Under the pieces are notes generated by a model. That model had not been told where the DNA came from and did not search any database. It was given only the letters and a program-made list of their open reading frames with translations. A program made the translations under genes and the position numbers. Shown piece after piece: positions 12,751 to 27,620 of a stretch of DNA of 64,000 nt. Each line of letters begins with the position of its first letter. Position 1 is the stretch's first letter. Where the stretch lies: the NCBI GenBank assembly GCA_040954595.2, contig CM082583.2, forward strand, positions 5,144,849-5,208,848. The letters run 5' to 3'. Source of the DNA: Balanoglossus misakiensis (taxonomy: Eukaryota > Animalia > Hemichordata).

Positions 12751-15700
12751 GATCGACAGATTTATCCATCTATCTGCTTGTCTGCCTGTTTGTCATCCGT
12801 CTGTCTTCCCTGTCGTCCACCAGCCCGCCTCTCTGCTTGCATGTATCCATCCGATATTCATGCAACCGTTATGAATCTGTCAATCTTGGTGATGGTAATT
12901 GTTTTGTTACTTTGATCAATATTGATGGATAGGATGTTAATTAATTTACATTCGTTTGAATCCTAGTGACATGCCCCTCCCCATGTCTCGTCATTCTGGC
13001 TGGAGTATTTTCTGATTTCGTCTTTCGGGCGCTCAGATGTAGCCTTCCCATGCGCGGCAACTCTCGGCGGAGCCAGTGTCCATGTCACATTAGCATAGCG
13101 ACTTATTGGCACGACCCTAGGAGTGAAAATTACACTCGTGTACATTTCAATGAGGTTTCGTCCGGTCGCCCCGGGCTACCGGGTTGCGATAGTATATTTT
13201 CTCGCTCCCTCGATGTCTTTGCATAGCGGTGAACATCACAAGGGAGCCGTCGCCGGCCAAAATTTATGTAATATTAGCTCGATTCAATATGAAGATGCTT
13301 CGGGCGAAGGATGTCTTGCTTTCCACAGGGTATTGTAACGATAAACAATGCCTCTGCGGAAACGAACCCAGAATCTTGATCCCTTTCTTCTGTATAGATG
13401 ACACGTATTTTGGTGGTAAATAGAAAAAAGGGATGCAGCATTTTGTCGTTTGGTGTTTTATGTATAAATGATTGGAAATCGCCTTTCATGTGGTAAAAAA
13501 TCGATGGCAATGTAGAAATAACGCAACTGACATACATGTATGGTGTTTGTGCTTTGTTAATATAAGTCGTTTTATGTGTAGGATGTACTCATAGAAAATA
13601 TAGTCTCTGTCTGTCTGCCTCTGCCTCTCTCTTTATATTCTGCGGAGCAGTTGCCCTGCGTAAACGGGAACACGCATGCCAGCGAGTCGTCGACCAATCA
13701 GAGGCGGTTAATTTGTGGTGAACCGCCGCCAGTGACTTATGCCGCAGCAAGAAACGCTTCTGAGCAGAAATCATGCTAATATCACCGTGAACGAAACAGA
13801 AGGAAGTGTGGCATAATAGGGAAATGACTGATTTGAAATTACGCAGTGAATTGTCCCGAAGATGAATGAAAAAAAGGGAGCAGATACCAATAATGAGATC
13901 ACGTGACGTTTGATCTTACCATGCAGCATATAATTCATCGTTTCCAACAACGGCTTAATTTTGCTTCAGTGGCGGTAATACGAACGAGTAACTTTCAACG
14001 GCGCGAGATCGCGCCCGCCTTTTAAGAGCACGTTGCGGTGTGATTTGTGGTTTCAACCTCAACTCGCTCAAAGCCACTAAGCTTTTGTCAGCTTCTGACA
14101 ATTGCGGTAAAAAAATCGTCGTTGCGGCACCGCGCCAGCCATGCATGCGGCGTCTGTCGGAGGCGGGCGATCACGCTAACAATGAGGCGTTGGGTATTAA
14201 TTGATGGCTACGTGACCAGAATTTCCAATCTGATTGCAGTTGTGTGCGTGTATTGGTTCATCCGTGTGTGTCTGTGTGTTTGTCTGTGTGTGTGTAGTCA
14301 GAGTGTGTGTTTTCTGCCAGTAAGGATTCGCTAGTAACAGAAGATTCGGTCAAGATGGGACATATTCGCGGACGCGCTGTAGAAATTTGCGATATATAAT
14401 TTGCTACAGCCAGGGCGAAATCACTTGCCATGCACAGGACGATCTTTTCCCGACATGGCGAGCCTAATCACGGGTTTTCCACAAATTGGAATTCGAAGAT
14501 TCTTTTTTGCGCTTAGCGGTCGATAAGTCGTTCTGCTAATCCAGAACGAACAAGCCTAGCGATGCACGATGGACCACAGCCTGCAGATGCAATGTTGATG
14601 TGCCCGACTGCATGACCAGCTTACAAAATGCATGAAGTATAACGTGCTCCGCTCTCCCGAGCTCCTCCGAGAATCGAATGTGATTAAACGGCGAAAGGAC
14701 CGCGTGTGGACCGGGGTTTCTGCTCGAAATCCCACGTTCCTATAAGCAATTATGTTTACGTCATATCACAAGGATTTTATGTTTGTTTCCAATATTTCAA
14801 GAAGCACATGTGCGGGTGTTTTTTTCTCTGCCCAAAGGAGGAAGCTTAATGCTTTGAAAGATTTCATGATTGCAGCTTTGTAAATTGCTAAATATTGTTC
14901 GCCGAGTTCGTACACACAAAGATATAAACGCAAAGGAAAAAAAAATAACGTAAAAGGGTGCCAATTCTACCCGTAGCATTCTGCGCGGCCTGGTTGTGGC
15001 GTCCTTCAGATTCTGTCGTGAAATGAGAACTCAATATTTTGTCGTCTCGCGATGTCTGTTAGACGTTTTAAAACTTGGTGTTGCCGAGTGGGTTCGCATG
15101 ATTCATTGTGTAGGGCGAGTCAAATACACCGTGACCGCACACACAGTATCAGTGTATGAGTGTATGACCGAATTCGGGCATCACGCGCGCGTGCATGCAT
15201 GTGATGCGTGACTCTGTACACAGTCAGGGTAACGTGATCTAAAATGGGGTGAGAGTAAGAGAGAGAGAGAGAGAGGGGGGGGGAGAGAGAGTTTGTTACT
15301 CAATATGAGAAATATCAAATGAATAAAACAGTCTGGTTTCAACATTATTGACGGCTAGGTACATTGTATTTCGAAGTCGTAAATATTTTAATATCATAAT
15401 CTAGATGTTGGGGGTATTTTTAAGTTATTTTGCGTACAAAGATTATGTAAATGGATATATAATCCGATAAACGATTGTATTGCAATTCGGTTGAATTCAT
15501 ATGCTAAGTTGGAAGACAAGTGAAAGGGGAGGGGATAGCTCCGTAACTGAGAAGGTTGCCGCAATTTTGATAATGGCGCTTTTAAATATTTTAGGCACAA
15601 CAATCCAGGCAAGTCGTTTCAGGTATCCCTCTAAACTCGAAACTCTTCTGCGGCGAAAAATACAAAATGACGTACACTCCTAAATACTATGTCAAGATAT

Positions 15701-18404
15701 ATGGTGAAATTATCATCATGTTAAAGGGACCACATCGCCATCTTTTGACCTCTTTTTTGGGTGTCGACAATAACTTTAAATCGTCCTGTTGGCCATTATA
15801 ACGTGCATGACTTTGACGAATGACGACTAACATATCTTCGCACTTTCCACCGAGGTTCGCGGGTTGTCATGGCACCGACCGGGAGGATTTGAACTGCGGT
15901 CCCCGATGCCGTGTGCACCCGGCCCCAATTTTCATAAATGCACTTCGAGCAGCTTGAGGTTTCGCGCGTCATTTTCTCTCCTCCGGCTGAAACCACAAAC
16001 CCTAGTTTCTAGTCTGGCGAGGCTATGGCGAAACTGACATTAAGCGACTAGACATGAAGGACGCGAACCCGCCAGCGGTTCACGCGGGGGTCCGCACCCT
16101 CTATGTCAATTTCACTGGTTTTACTGTGTGATCAGTCACGTTATACATTTTATGCGCGTATTTCCCCTATTAAAGTCGCCGATTTCTGTATCGGCAGCGC
16201 ACAAGGGTAGGGTGTGGAGAAGAAAGATTTATACATTGTATTCAATTGGTACTTCAGCATACTTCGAACAGAACAGTTATAGTGTCGATTTCCCCCGTTA
16301 ACCTACCACCAGAATGAGAACCGTGTTCTGGTGACCGACAATTAAGCATGGGTCCACGAACAGACTACAACTAAGTAAAATCACCGTATGTGAAAGAGTT
16401 ACTCTTTTTGAGTTTGCGAATATCGAGAACTTGCTGTAACTCCACAAATCTAAATCCTCAACAAATATTAAGACTCTAATGTATAAACTTTTTTCGGTCA
16501 AAAAGTCCCATCATTGTTTGCTCCATTTGTGGCAGCCCATACGTTCATTTTTATGTCACTATTGCAATATGCCTGTCTTTGGTATAAAGCCCTTATTGTC
16601 GGTACAAAAATCCCTAGTGAGTCAGAGGGTTGATTTTTTTCGCAAAACGCACGCAGCAGTAACAGAACAGTTGCGTCCATTTTTAACACGGGACGACAGT
16701 CTGGGCTGTAAACGAACCGTGGCGATTTACTTTCCCGCGCATTCCTCGAGAATTAATAATATTGCATTTCCCAGGTACACACACACAGACGGTGACAGTG
16801 AATTGCCCACACTTGACTGGAAGGGTCTGACATCATTGTTAGCCGGTAACAAACAAATTCGCCGACGAGGGAAGATTGCAATTTCACTGCGTCCAAATCG
16901 AATTGACCCAACTAATCAAGACACGGCATCCTCGGTTTGCTCAAATCAAAGCTATCGAATAGAGGCGTCAATCTTCATCTGCTTAAATCATTAACATGCA
17001 TGTTTGGCAAACAAATAGATCCACTCGGCGTTCATTACTGGTAAACATTCTGGGTTAGTTTTTTTTTTCTCTCTGCTTAAGATTCGTCAAAATGAACTGT
17101 CGCAGAATCTGTGTGTGTTTAGTAAGTGTGTAACGCTGCCACTCCTAATGCAAAAGCCACGCGGGCTAATTCTTCGAGACAAACCAATATCCTGTCCAAC
17201 GTGACCGACGGCAAATGTGTGCTCCCAATTATTTCGTTGTCAATTCAATTGGATTATTATCAAATTAAATTCGGTCTAACCGATTGTCAGTCATATTAAC
17301 ACCGTTTAGTCGCGTTACCTTCGTGTTTTTCTTCTCCTAGCTTTCAAAAAAGACATATAAGCTTCAGATTACATGCGAGACTAGGAGTTTGTTTTCTTAC
17401 ACGCCTGCCAGGGTTCGTCTCCGAGCTCAAAGATCCGCTGAACTATGGCACACGCACACGCGTTTTCAAATGACAATAAAGGAGGAGTTCTCATTCAGTA
17501 TATTCGCTACTTTAAAGAGTGCTAGCGCACACAGGTAATCAACTCGTAATAAGGAAATCTAGGAGCGAAGAAAAAGATATGATTATTTTTGTCTGTGACA
17601 TTCCAACGGCTAAGAGCCTAAATCGCCGAGAGCTTCGTGATTTGCTGTATAGTGTGCGTTTCACTATTGCCCCGCTGTTATTGCGCGCACCGTTTGCTAT
17701 TTAAGTACTTCCCAAAAGAATTCCAACAATGATTCTTGCGGGATTCTCTCGGCAACGTGAAGAGCCGTCGCCTCGAATGCCGTCAGATTGAATAGGGCGA
17801 TTTCCAAACACCGAAAAGAAATATCTCAATTCGCATCTCGAATCTTTTCAAAGAAATATGTATGTGTAAACTATCACAATGGGCCCGAGTCAGTGGGAGA
17901 TATCAGCGCCAACCACAACAGTACGTGAGACTTATAAATCTGTGTTTTCGAATCCCCGAGTCTTGGCGGACGGGCTCAATGCACACAGATGACACAGCTA
18001 TTGCAATTCGGCGATGTCTTTTCCTAATTCCATAAATACCTTCCCATGTTTTAGCTCTCTTTCAATTCACGCCTACATCCTCCGCGGGACCAGCCGACGC
18101 TTTTGATAAGTAAGATTTCAAAAAAGACCCCATCGGTTCTGACACAGGGAAAGCTGCGTTTAACTATAGAGTCGCGGAATTTAGCCCCGTAACCTTACGT
18201 TCGTTGACGACATCAGCTGGGCTTGTTAGACAAGGATCGCTCTTATAGACACCGGGAGGGTTTCCGGGCAGCACGCCACGCGGAGAACGCTATTTTCCCC
18301 TTTAAAAGAACCCTCGGCTTTTGGATCACATGGTTTTCATCAAACCCATCATAAGATACGGCGGGTTAATTTAAATCTACGTTGTTTTGTCCTTCTCTGC
18401 ACAG

Positions 18405-18519
18405 GCACAGAGGTAGGCGAAATTCTCAAATTTAAACGCAAAGAAGTTAAACTACCAAATTCAACAAGTTGTTCACAGTCAAGTGCCAGCTCACAAGACA
18501 CAAATCTTACTACTGTTTG
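18405..18519 (+). other. Candidate internal exon (115 nt)
   Basis: Acceptor gttgttttgtccttctctgcacag, donor TG|gtacgt; one open frame (TEVGEILKFKRKEVKLPNSTSCSQSSASSQDTNLTTV); no recognised homology. Confidence 0.3.
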
Positions 18520-21500
18520 GTACGTTTCATTTTTATCCCCCCAGCGACAGAAACTAACTTTTGTGGTCATTTTACATTTTATTTAACCATTAACTAGTAT
18601 TTATTATTTAGTAATCGAAAAAGCAAACCGACCTTGTGTACGACTACGTAGTTCTGCATTCCACGGTGTCTCCATAACTTTATCTTGAGAAAAGTTGTGA
18701 ACAGATACCTGCAATGGAAATTTTGCTGTAAATAAGGATGTCTTATTCTCTGCTTTGCAACATACGTTTGACAATTATACATACAGTGACACAGATGGCA
18801 GGGGTCGACGATCGTGAACTTGGCAGTAAAATTCATTCGGATGATAATCCGCCTTGACATTGTTCCAGCCCATTTACTTAGGATAATGGCGTTAATAAAT
18901 TACCGCTTTGGGAGACAATTGATTTTGACAAATTATGTCACTGGGTGTGGCATGTGCGAAGGTCGCGGTCCACGTGGCTCTGTCGGTCCGTGACGTTTGT
19001 AGGCAACGAGGAAACGTTAACGCTGTCACCTCGACTCCTTAACGAGTAACATGTGTTTGAAAATGAGAAGCTAACAAGCAGGAATACAGCCCTATGCGCT
19101 CGTTATATACAATGTATACCACTTAAAAAAACAAAACTGGATTTTGATAACCCCGACGAACCACACTAGTTAGATGTTCTGTTTATTCACTTGGAAAATA
19201 TAGCCCGGGCGATAAAAAGGCGAGGAATTTACATCTCGAGAGAAGCAGGTGTCAAAATACCGTCGTGGTAACGAAGTGAAAGTTGGTTGCCAAGGACGTG
19301 GACGTGGTTGTCATTTGAATAACACTTCACGCGCCCAAACGAACTCGGAATGAAAGCTTTCATAAATTCTTTCAGAATCACGCCTGGCTAGCTCCAGCTC
19401 CATCAATCAAAAAACTGCGTGTAAAAATGTGCTTTAACGCACTTAAACAAGTGAATGGAGTTGATAAAGGGACGTGAAAGGCTGATTTTTTGGCTCAATT
19501 GCTAAACTTGAATAAAAAATAAAGAATTTTATATTGCTGGTATTGTGTTCTTGGACTTGAGCGATTAGTTTGCAGCAAGGCAAAGCGCTGAACGCGCGGC
19601 ATCGCGGCAGGCCGCGCGCCCCGAATGTGGCGACGCATCTAAATTGCCCATTTAGAAATCCGCTGCCAGGAATCAGCGCGGGAAAGGTCGACCAATTAGA
19701 GGCCAGAATCAAAAGGGGGTGGTAATTGGGGCTTGTCAGCGACACCCTTTTGAAAGATTGTTCCATCCAGAAATCTTCACAGCACGGCGCGCGCTAATGA
19801 ATGTTCGTGAACGACAAGATTCCGTCAACAACCGGCAACAGACATGTGACGACGAATTCCAATTTGTTGTGACAGTAGCGAACCCCGCCGAGAAACGGTG
19901 ACGGCGTGTCAGAGTCGTGAAACTGCGCCGATGCTAGGTCAAGTTCATCAGCCGCTTTCCATTTCGTTTGGTGAATACCGCGGCAATATGTTTCCAGAAA
20001 AGGCTGGAGAAAACTGTTCGGTGTACATAGTTGGACGTGCGAGAAAGTTAACTTTGTTTATCACGTGATATTTGTCATATGCTGTCATATGTAAAGCCAA
20101 CCTTGTTAACAAACTTTAAGGAGAGAGAGAGGGGGGTGGAAGAGAGAGAGAGAAAGAGAGAGAAAGAGAGATCATCATCATGAATATTTACATTGTACAT
20201 GCGCATGATTGCTGACAACTGAAATTTTCCATGGGAGGAATGTATTGCCACACAATGGAACGAGCTTCAACCGTCCGTTCATAGATTTATATGGATAGCG
20301 AGGAATTGTCACGAAGGGAGCCGTTAATATAAAATTCATTGTTCTGTCACGCTTTAATTTCGCCTCAAAGAGTTCAAATCAGATTGCAACTCAACAAATA
20401 TCAGGAATGACGATATCGTCTTGATAAGTTAGCTGTCGGTAGCCAAAGCCAATGCTTTGACAATTTCAAGTTATCTGCACGATGTTTGTCCAAACATATT
20501 TCCCGCCCAAAAAACATGAGGGATCCCACAAACAATAACGTTCACATGAAATTTGGTATCCCAATTTCCGCTGGCGAAGCATGAAATCCGGTACATTTTC
20601 AGCCCGAAAAATCTCATTTTGGTAATAATTTTAACTTCGAGAGTTGTTAGTGCTTCCTGAAAGATCATTAATGTCTCATTCGAAACATGAGCTTCCATAA
20701 AAAAATATTTAGTTTTGTTACCCACTCTTAATCTTCATTGACAGTTCTTGAAAGATCATAAAAATCATGAAAATTACATTGAGCTCTCGTTTGAACAAGT
20801 GAGACGCGTCGGCCAATGCTGTGCTAAGTCGTTTCAAGATTTAGAAAACAGCTAATAACAAAAGAAAGGTAACAGCTTCCCATCAACAAACGAAGGTAAT
20901 ATTGGAAGCTCCAAACTAATTCAAATACGCCGTATCTTGATGAGAAAATGTTTGCAAATCGGATCGATGAAATATTTACTGGTTGGATCTATTCTCGATT
21001 TAGTACACCCGCAAAAGTCGATTTAACTTCTGAATTTCGTGGTGGTTTTTCCTCATGATAAGTTTAGCTCCATGTCTTGTATAATCACATACAGAACGTC
21101 CAACTTTAACGTTTTGCGTTTTGATTCCTTTTGATAAAACAACTCCTCACTAAAAGTGGCTTGGGATGTTTCTTTACCAAGTGGGCATGTCAGATAAATG
21201 GTTTGCTTTCACAATTCCATAAAAAATCTTCAACACATATTCTACAAAGAAAAAAGGCGGTTTCCTGACGTTGAAACGTCGCACAAAGAAGATTCTGGAG
21301 GACCCTTCATTCTCGAAGCTGACTGTTGTCGCTTTCGGTCAACGGGCCGAAGGCGACAACTTAATTCGTTTGCCGTCAAGGAGCACAGACGACCGAATAA
21401 CAACCAGTATAAGCGATGTTTAATCAAATCATGGACTTGGTATAACTATTTCTAAGAGCACTTTAACTCTGAACAGATAGATACAGTTATAAAGTTCTTT

Positions 21501-24500
21501 CCGACAACGACTACATTATTAATATTTTATTCCCCTTACACGCTTGCCACGCACTCATTTTTACGATGAATATCACGTGATTTCTTCATGAACTGGCACT
21601 CGGAAAAAAATAGCTCAATCGGAGAGAGTAATTAAAAAGTAAAAACACTCAATCGCGGTCAAGATAAATTATCACCATATTGACAACGAATTCAACTCTA
21701 ATTATAAATAATTGCCACCGCGCGTCAGGGGGTACAGGGAAAAAAAACCTGAACCTCTATAAAACAAATATGAATCATTTTGGGCGGTTGTGGGTTTAGC
21801 TAATCCATATTTTCCAAAATCACAACGTGGGGGCTCTATTATTCATGTGGAATGACGCCTGGAGCTGAAGAAAGGGACACAAAGCCTGAACGGTCAGGAA
21901 ACGGATACCGTCAGAGAAAATATGGATCATGATTAACCAAGTCAAATATCAGTAACCGTGGTTACATATACGGTTAGCATAAATAAAACTTAGATGATTA
22001 AATTGGTCTTCTTAGCTTCGAGGCTCACCGTTACTCGGAATTTCTTTCCCTGACACAGGTCATGGTACATAACTCTAATGATACTTCAGGAAATCTTTAT
22101 CGTATTTCTTGCTGAAAATGTAATTTCCTCTTATTACGTGTATTTTGGGAAACGATCGATCCACACCAAGCCCCTGTATGTATGTATGTAAGTAATTAAG
22201 TAGGTAAGTAAGTATATTAAAGAAAGTTTACGCTATTCGTAGTCTTAGAGCGAGAGATCATTAGATGCTAACCTTCACAAAATAAAACCACGGCTGGAGA
22301 TGTCCTGAACGACAGATATAATGTAGGGCCGGACGACATTGAATCATGCTGCGGTACAACTTCAGTTTGCGCGTGTCATCATCGCCTGTCGACACAAGTA
22401 ATGACACAAACAGTGAAAATTCCGCAGCACAAAGAAACGTGCACATGCGCGTCTTTGTCGCGCTTCGTTTTGGTCTGTTTTGGTCAACCGTCTTCTGTGA
22501 GACCTGTAAATACGAAACAACCAATGGGGGGCCCCGTGGCCAGATGAATAATAATTCAAAGAGGCGCTATTCATTCCTTATTGCGTAACGCTTGAGCCCG
22601 TTGAAGGCAATAAGCTTGTTTTTGATTGGTCAATTTCGTGTCAGTTCATTCAGGTGCATGAATGATGTAACCTGCACCCCGCCAAACCTCCAGTTTTCTG
22701 ACGGGCACTTTTCAGAAGAGCCCACCTGGTACAAAGTATTCAAGACATGTAAGTTACGCAAGCAATTCCAAATCCACCAAGGTATTTGCTCACTGAAATC
22801 GCAATACAAATAACAATGTATTTCAGATATTGTGGTACTTCCGACCAATCTTTACTTGGAACATGTATAAGTGGAATCTACCACAAGTTGCCGTATATTT
22901 TATCATTTTAATCTACATCAGCAATCGCCATCGGCCTGATTCATCAACCCATTTCTAAATCATTGAATTTTGAATGTTGGCGTTAAAATTTAATTGTAAT
23001 AATCTCTGCTACGGAGTAATTATGGGTAGTCGGAACAGTGAGAACGACACTCCTTTTCTTGGAATGGCGAAAGGCCGTATTATGACGGGAAACTTGGGGA
23101 GTACTGTCCAAGAACACCAACGCAAACTTCTGTCATACTCCAGAATAGCATTCACCTTCGACGAAATACCAATTCTACTTAAACATTTGGCAAAGTTTAT
23201 CTCCACTGGAAGTGAGTCTATATTAACATTTTAGAAAAAGCAAACATATAAATCTTCTGAGCGCTTCCATGTCATTGTTGGCGATCGAGGAACGCGACGA
23301 ATAACAGCGGGGTTTTGTTTGTACTGACATTACGCTGGAAAACCAATTTTCTGGGAGACTCCGGCTCAGGCCCGCCTGGTCATTATCTACCCAAACCATC
23401 TGTACCTGGAGACTGAGAAGAGAGTGTCTCCATCAGGAGAATATACTTAGCTGTTTGCTTACGGAATACCGCAAATTGTCAAACAGAGGGTTGGAAAGCG
23501 AAGCAGCTGGCGACACGCCGCAGGTTCTGCGTCCTTCGCGGCAATGTCGGGTATAAACTACCCAGGGCAGGTGATACGCCGCACTATCAATATTTACAAA
23601 TTAGAAATACTTCTCGTTTTGATGCGGCTGTTTCATCCGTTTGCGTTTTATGGCGAACGTTTAATTAGCCCCCCCCCCCCCCCCGCCGTATCCTCTCACT
23701 GACGGCGTCTGCTCTTCCCCGCTGCCATCAAAGGAGACGAAGGGGGTATAGACCGCGACGGAAACCGCTCTCGCGACTTCGTGGAAGCCAAAAAAAGACG
23801 CCCACCGCCTGCCGGAAATTGATCAGAAATCGAATAATTGCACTCATTCCCATGATCCGCTTGATCGATTCAACGCAGGAAAGGTACAGGCAGAAGCGAC
23901 ACCACTGCCTTGACTTAAAGACGTCTCATCCTATCGTGTTAAGACGGATAAATGTAATGCGGGGGATTGGGCACGCAGCACGCCGGCTATTTTCATCCGA
24001 ACCCTCATCGCTACTAAGGAGTTATTATCGTTGTAAATCTAACGAGGCGGCACACTCGCATGTACTTCACCGGGCTTCGGCTTAATTTTCAATGATTTTT
24101 ACGATTGCGATTCCGCCTCCGCGACGTTGCTTCATTGTCAATAGAACGCTTATATAGAGTTCCCGTCCAACGCTTGATAGTCAACCGCAATCAAGCAATT
24201 TTCTTTATGACCGCATTCCCCTCAGCAACGTTTACCTTCGGAGGTGGGTTTATTTCCATGAGTTCACAGTCATAAGTGGAACTTTAACACGGTATATGTC
24301 ATGGTATTTTTTTCTATTTTGAGGGTTGTTGCACTTTTGTCAGAATCTGGTGTAAAGGCATGCGCGATGTTATTTCGAATTCTTTAAACATTTCTCGTGG
24401 GGGGGGGGGGGCAGCAAACTCTTGAATGAGTGAAATCCCCGGGAAGGGAACCTTATTTGCATATTTTGGGATGATTTGACATTGTTGACATGTGAAAGAA

Positions 24501-24619
24501 ATCTCCCAAATTACTCACTAGTTTTATCCAAATGTTTATTTTTACCCGGTCTGTGTGACAGACTTTTATTTTCATTCTGATACATACTGCCCTCCTCAGT
24601 TGCTGACTGTTTGTTTTAG

Positions 24620-24674
24620 ATGGTACAAGATTGCAATTGAAACAGTCACCTCAGATTTTACCATATTTTAACAA
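24620..24674 (+). other. Candidate internal exon (55 nt)
   Basis: Branch-like CTGAC plus tgtttgttttag acceptor and consensus AA|gtaagt donor; one open frame (GTRLQLKQSPQILPYFN). Confidence 0.35.
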
Positions 24675-27423
24675 GTAAGTAAACACTGAATTAACTATAT
24701 GAAATTAATAAATTGAGAGCAGATCTATTGTCCACGTTCCAAGTCAAACCGTGCTGTTGCGAGAGAAAAAATCATTTCACTATGTACACGAGCACAAGTT
24801 TTGTTCCTGCCCAGATTGTCACTGCGCATGCTCTGTTCCGGGAAAGTTTTACTTGTACCGAAAGCATGCACATAACGGTCGCATTACGGTAAATGATGCC
24901 TAAACATTCAGGCATAACATCAAACAAAACGACCATGGTTGGTAGGTGTGTAATCCATTCAAAAATTTACCCACCGCTTTGGCGTCTGCACTGTGGAAAA
25001 TACTGGCGCTGAAAAAGAAGCCTTAGGACCTTATTAAGGACCCACGCCAGGTGCGCGAAACAGAAATTAAACCTCCTATTTTTATATATTTCCTGTACTT
25101 CCCATCTCTCTTATGCTTGATTCTTTTAATCATATTTTCTCGAATTGCTCAGAGCGGCGAAGACTTTTTTTATGGCAGCCATTAAAAATTATGACGAAGC
25201 ACCAGTGGGTTTTAATTGGTAAGATCGCACAAAGAGACGGGGAGCTAATTCCTCTGGAAAGAAATGCGCAGAGACTATTGTCCTCTTTGTGATGGACCCC
25301 TTGCATCTGGTTGGTAGTCCAATCAACAACAATCGATCATCATTCCGATCGAAGAATAACAGAAAGAGGGATTTGGAAGTACTTGTAGTAAATTTCGGAA
25401 TCATCCTTATCTGTGTTTTTTATTCGTGGAAATTAAACAAAAACATCGGCTGTGAATTTAAGGGGATTTACGTCCGAGGTTAGAATGCGTGGATTATAGG
25501 GGAGAGTGCTGGTGAAATCTGGAAACAGATGAAAATTGATACGGAAGATTGGGGGGGGGGGGGGTGCTGAGGGGGTGAATGGCTGTACGCACGTGTGCTC
25601 TCACTGCCCGCGAAGGGCACCGCGTCTCCTCGCGTACAGCCAGATTCTCCAGGTGGCGCGGGACGGACATTGTGCGCACGGAGAGAGGAGGGTTGAAGCG
25701 ACAGGAAGCGTTCATAATGTCACGGTCATCACTGATAATGGTCGCGCGGCGCGGGCGCAGGAGGATCCGAGCCGGTCGTCTCGCCTCGATCCGGAAGTCA
25801 GCTGTCGGTTGCTAGGCACTCCGCAGCGCTTGACAGGTAACTTCCATGTTGAACATGGTGACATTAGAGTAAGAGAATTTATTATAATGTATCATTCGAA
25901 AGAGAAGCGGTGTCATCAGTCATCCGCGCAGGCATACGCGAAGACACGCATTCCAGTTGCCGCAGTCCTCGTTACCAAGACGCCCCCTGTTTGGCAACAG
26001 ACAAGCCCAAAAAAGAAATTATAGCCAAAAAAACGATCTGTCAGCGCGGGCCGATAAATTTATCGCCTGCTTGTCGATGGCGACGACCAGACATCATTCT
26101 ACCCACGCACAGACAGCTATTACACATTCCAGGCCGACCACAAACCTAACTGTACATATTTTAGAGTGAATAAATTAAATCAGGCGTGAATTGTTCTGCT
26201 CAATAAGGAATCGTCAGAAGTTGTTTTTTTTCAACCAGAACGAATTTTATAGCCGCGTCATCAGCTATCAGTTATATATTATTCTTGCTTACAACCATTA
26301 AATCCTGCACATGACAGTTGTATTCTGAACACACATTGTTCCATCCAGTGTTTACGGAGACACAAATTAAAACTGTCGTATGAACGACAGGCGACAATCT
26401 TGTTAACTTTTCAACAATCGTATTTTAGCACTTTAACATTTAAAGGGACAATCAGCTCACGTAGGAAATGGTTTATGGCGCTGGAAGAACGTGACGGCAG
26501 CCCGCTGTTTGTTCCATAAAAAAACAACAATGAGCGTCAACACGTTGTCGAAATTGAGGAGATGGCATTTCAGTTGTGGACTGTTAAAGTTTCTTTCGGG
26601 CGCTGCATCATCTCTGAGGGGACATTTCAGGCGCACTCGCCGACGGTGCGATCCCGATCCAGACGACGTACCGAAGAACGAAGATGGCCGACGCAGATAA
26701 TGCCCAACGACATACGACAACGCGTCTCCTTAGATACAGAGCCAGAGATGTCTAGCATGTTGGACAAAGTGCGTCATCAGTGACATACGGGCATTTCAAA
26801 GTCAGGCACTTCAAGTGTCGTCACGACCACCGTCAGTCGTCACTCGCCACACCACCCCACTCTTTCAGCGGGCCCTCTCCGCGTCATCGCGTGCGCGAGA
26901 GAAAACGAGCGCGCACGGAGAACCTTTTAAGGTCATGGCCACCTTCAAAACATTTCCCAGATAGAAAGACACCGCGCCGAAAATAGTTTATACGAAAGAA
27001 AAAAGGCCACAAAGCGTTACTGTAATGCTTTTAGTAACTGAGTATACCGTCCCATTGTCCCATAGAGGTGCCTTTTACTTGCCGCGATCACTGCCATAGA
27101 CGACAAAAACTATTGGGCATTATCTTCCCCATCTAGTTTACTTCCACAGACACGAGCCGAAAAAAGGAAGAACCTTTAATATATTACCGCTGACCGCACA
27201 ATGGCGTATCCCAAACTCCCCCTTTTCTCTTGTCCCCCACAAAGACCGCTTTTAATAAAATTTTCAAAGCGATTCACGTCTTCTGCAGATAATTGGAGTA
27301 TCTCTGTATGAAAGGGACTGGCCGCGGATGAAAGAAGTACACCAGACACTTTGCACCCGGCGTATCTCGGCGTAATCACAGCGATGATGCCAGAAAGAAA
27401 AATATTCCCCTTGTAGTCGTCCG

Positions 27424-27620
27424 ATTGCTTATTCCACTCACGAACTCCGGCACCTCGCCTCACCTCACCTCTCTCTCGCGCTCGCTCCCTGAAAGACAGC
27501 GCGGCAAGTCGGCATTATTCGTAATTACTCGACCGCGAAAGAGTAGCGAGACAAAGGTTGGGACCGAGGTCTCCGAGAAGTGTGAGGAAATAACGCCATC
27601 ACAAACATCTGTTCCCAAGG
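27424..27620 (+). repeat. Dispersed repeat family A, copy 2
   Basis: 23-nt core ATTATTCGTAATTACTCGACCGC (27514-27536) identical to 6017-6039; flanks collinear with copy 1. Confidence 0.85.

Noticed and set aside
15721-15779. TTAAAGGG...CTTTAA possible Kolobok-type ends (similar starts near 26440 and 59044)
   Set aside because: Inverted match is only about 6 bp; no convincing TIR pair.
15869-15926. tRNA-like minus-strand segment with GTTCAAATCC B-box ending in CCA
   Set aside because: No A-box, T-stem does not pair and no cloverleaf; at most a decayed SINE head.
16479-16994. 171-aa plus-strand ORF
   Set aside because: Non-protein-like composition, no motif or convincing splice structure.
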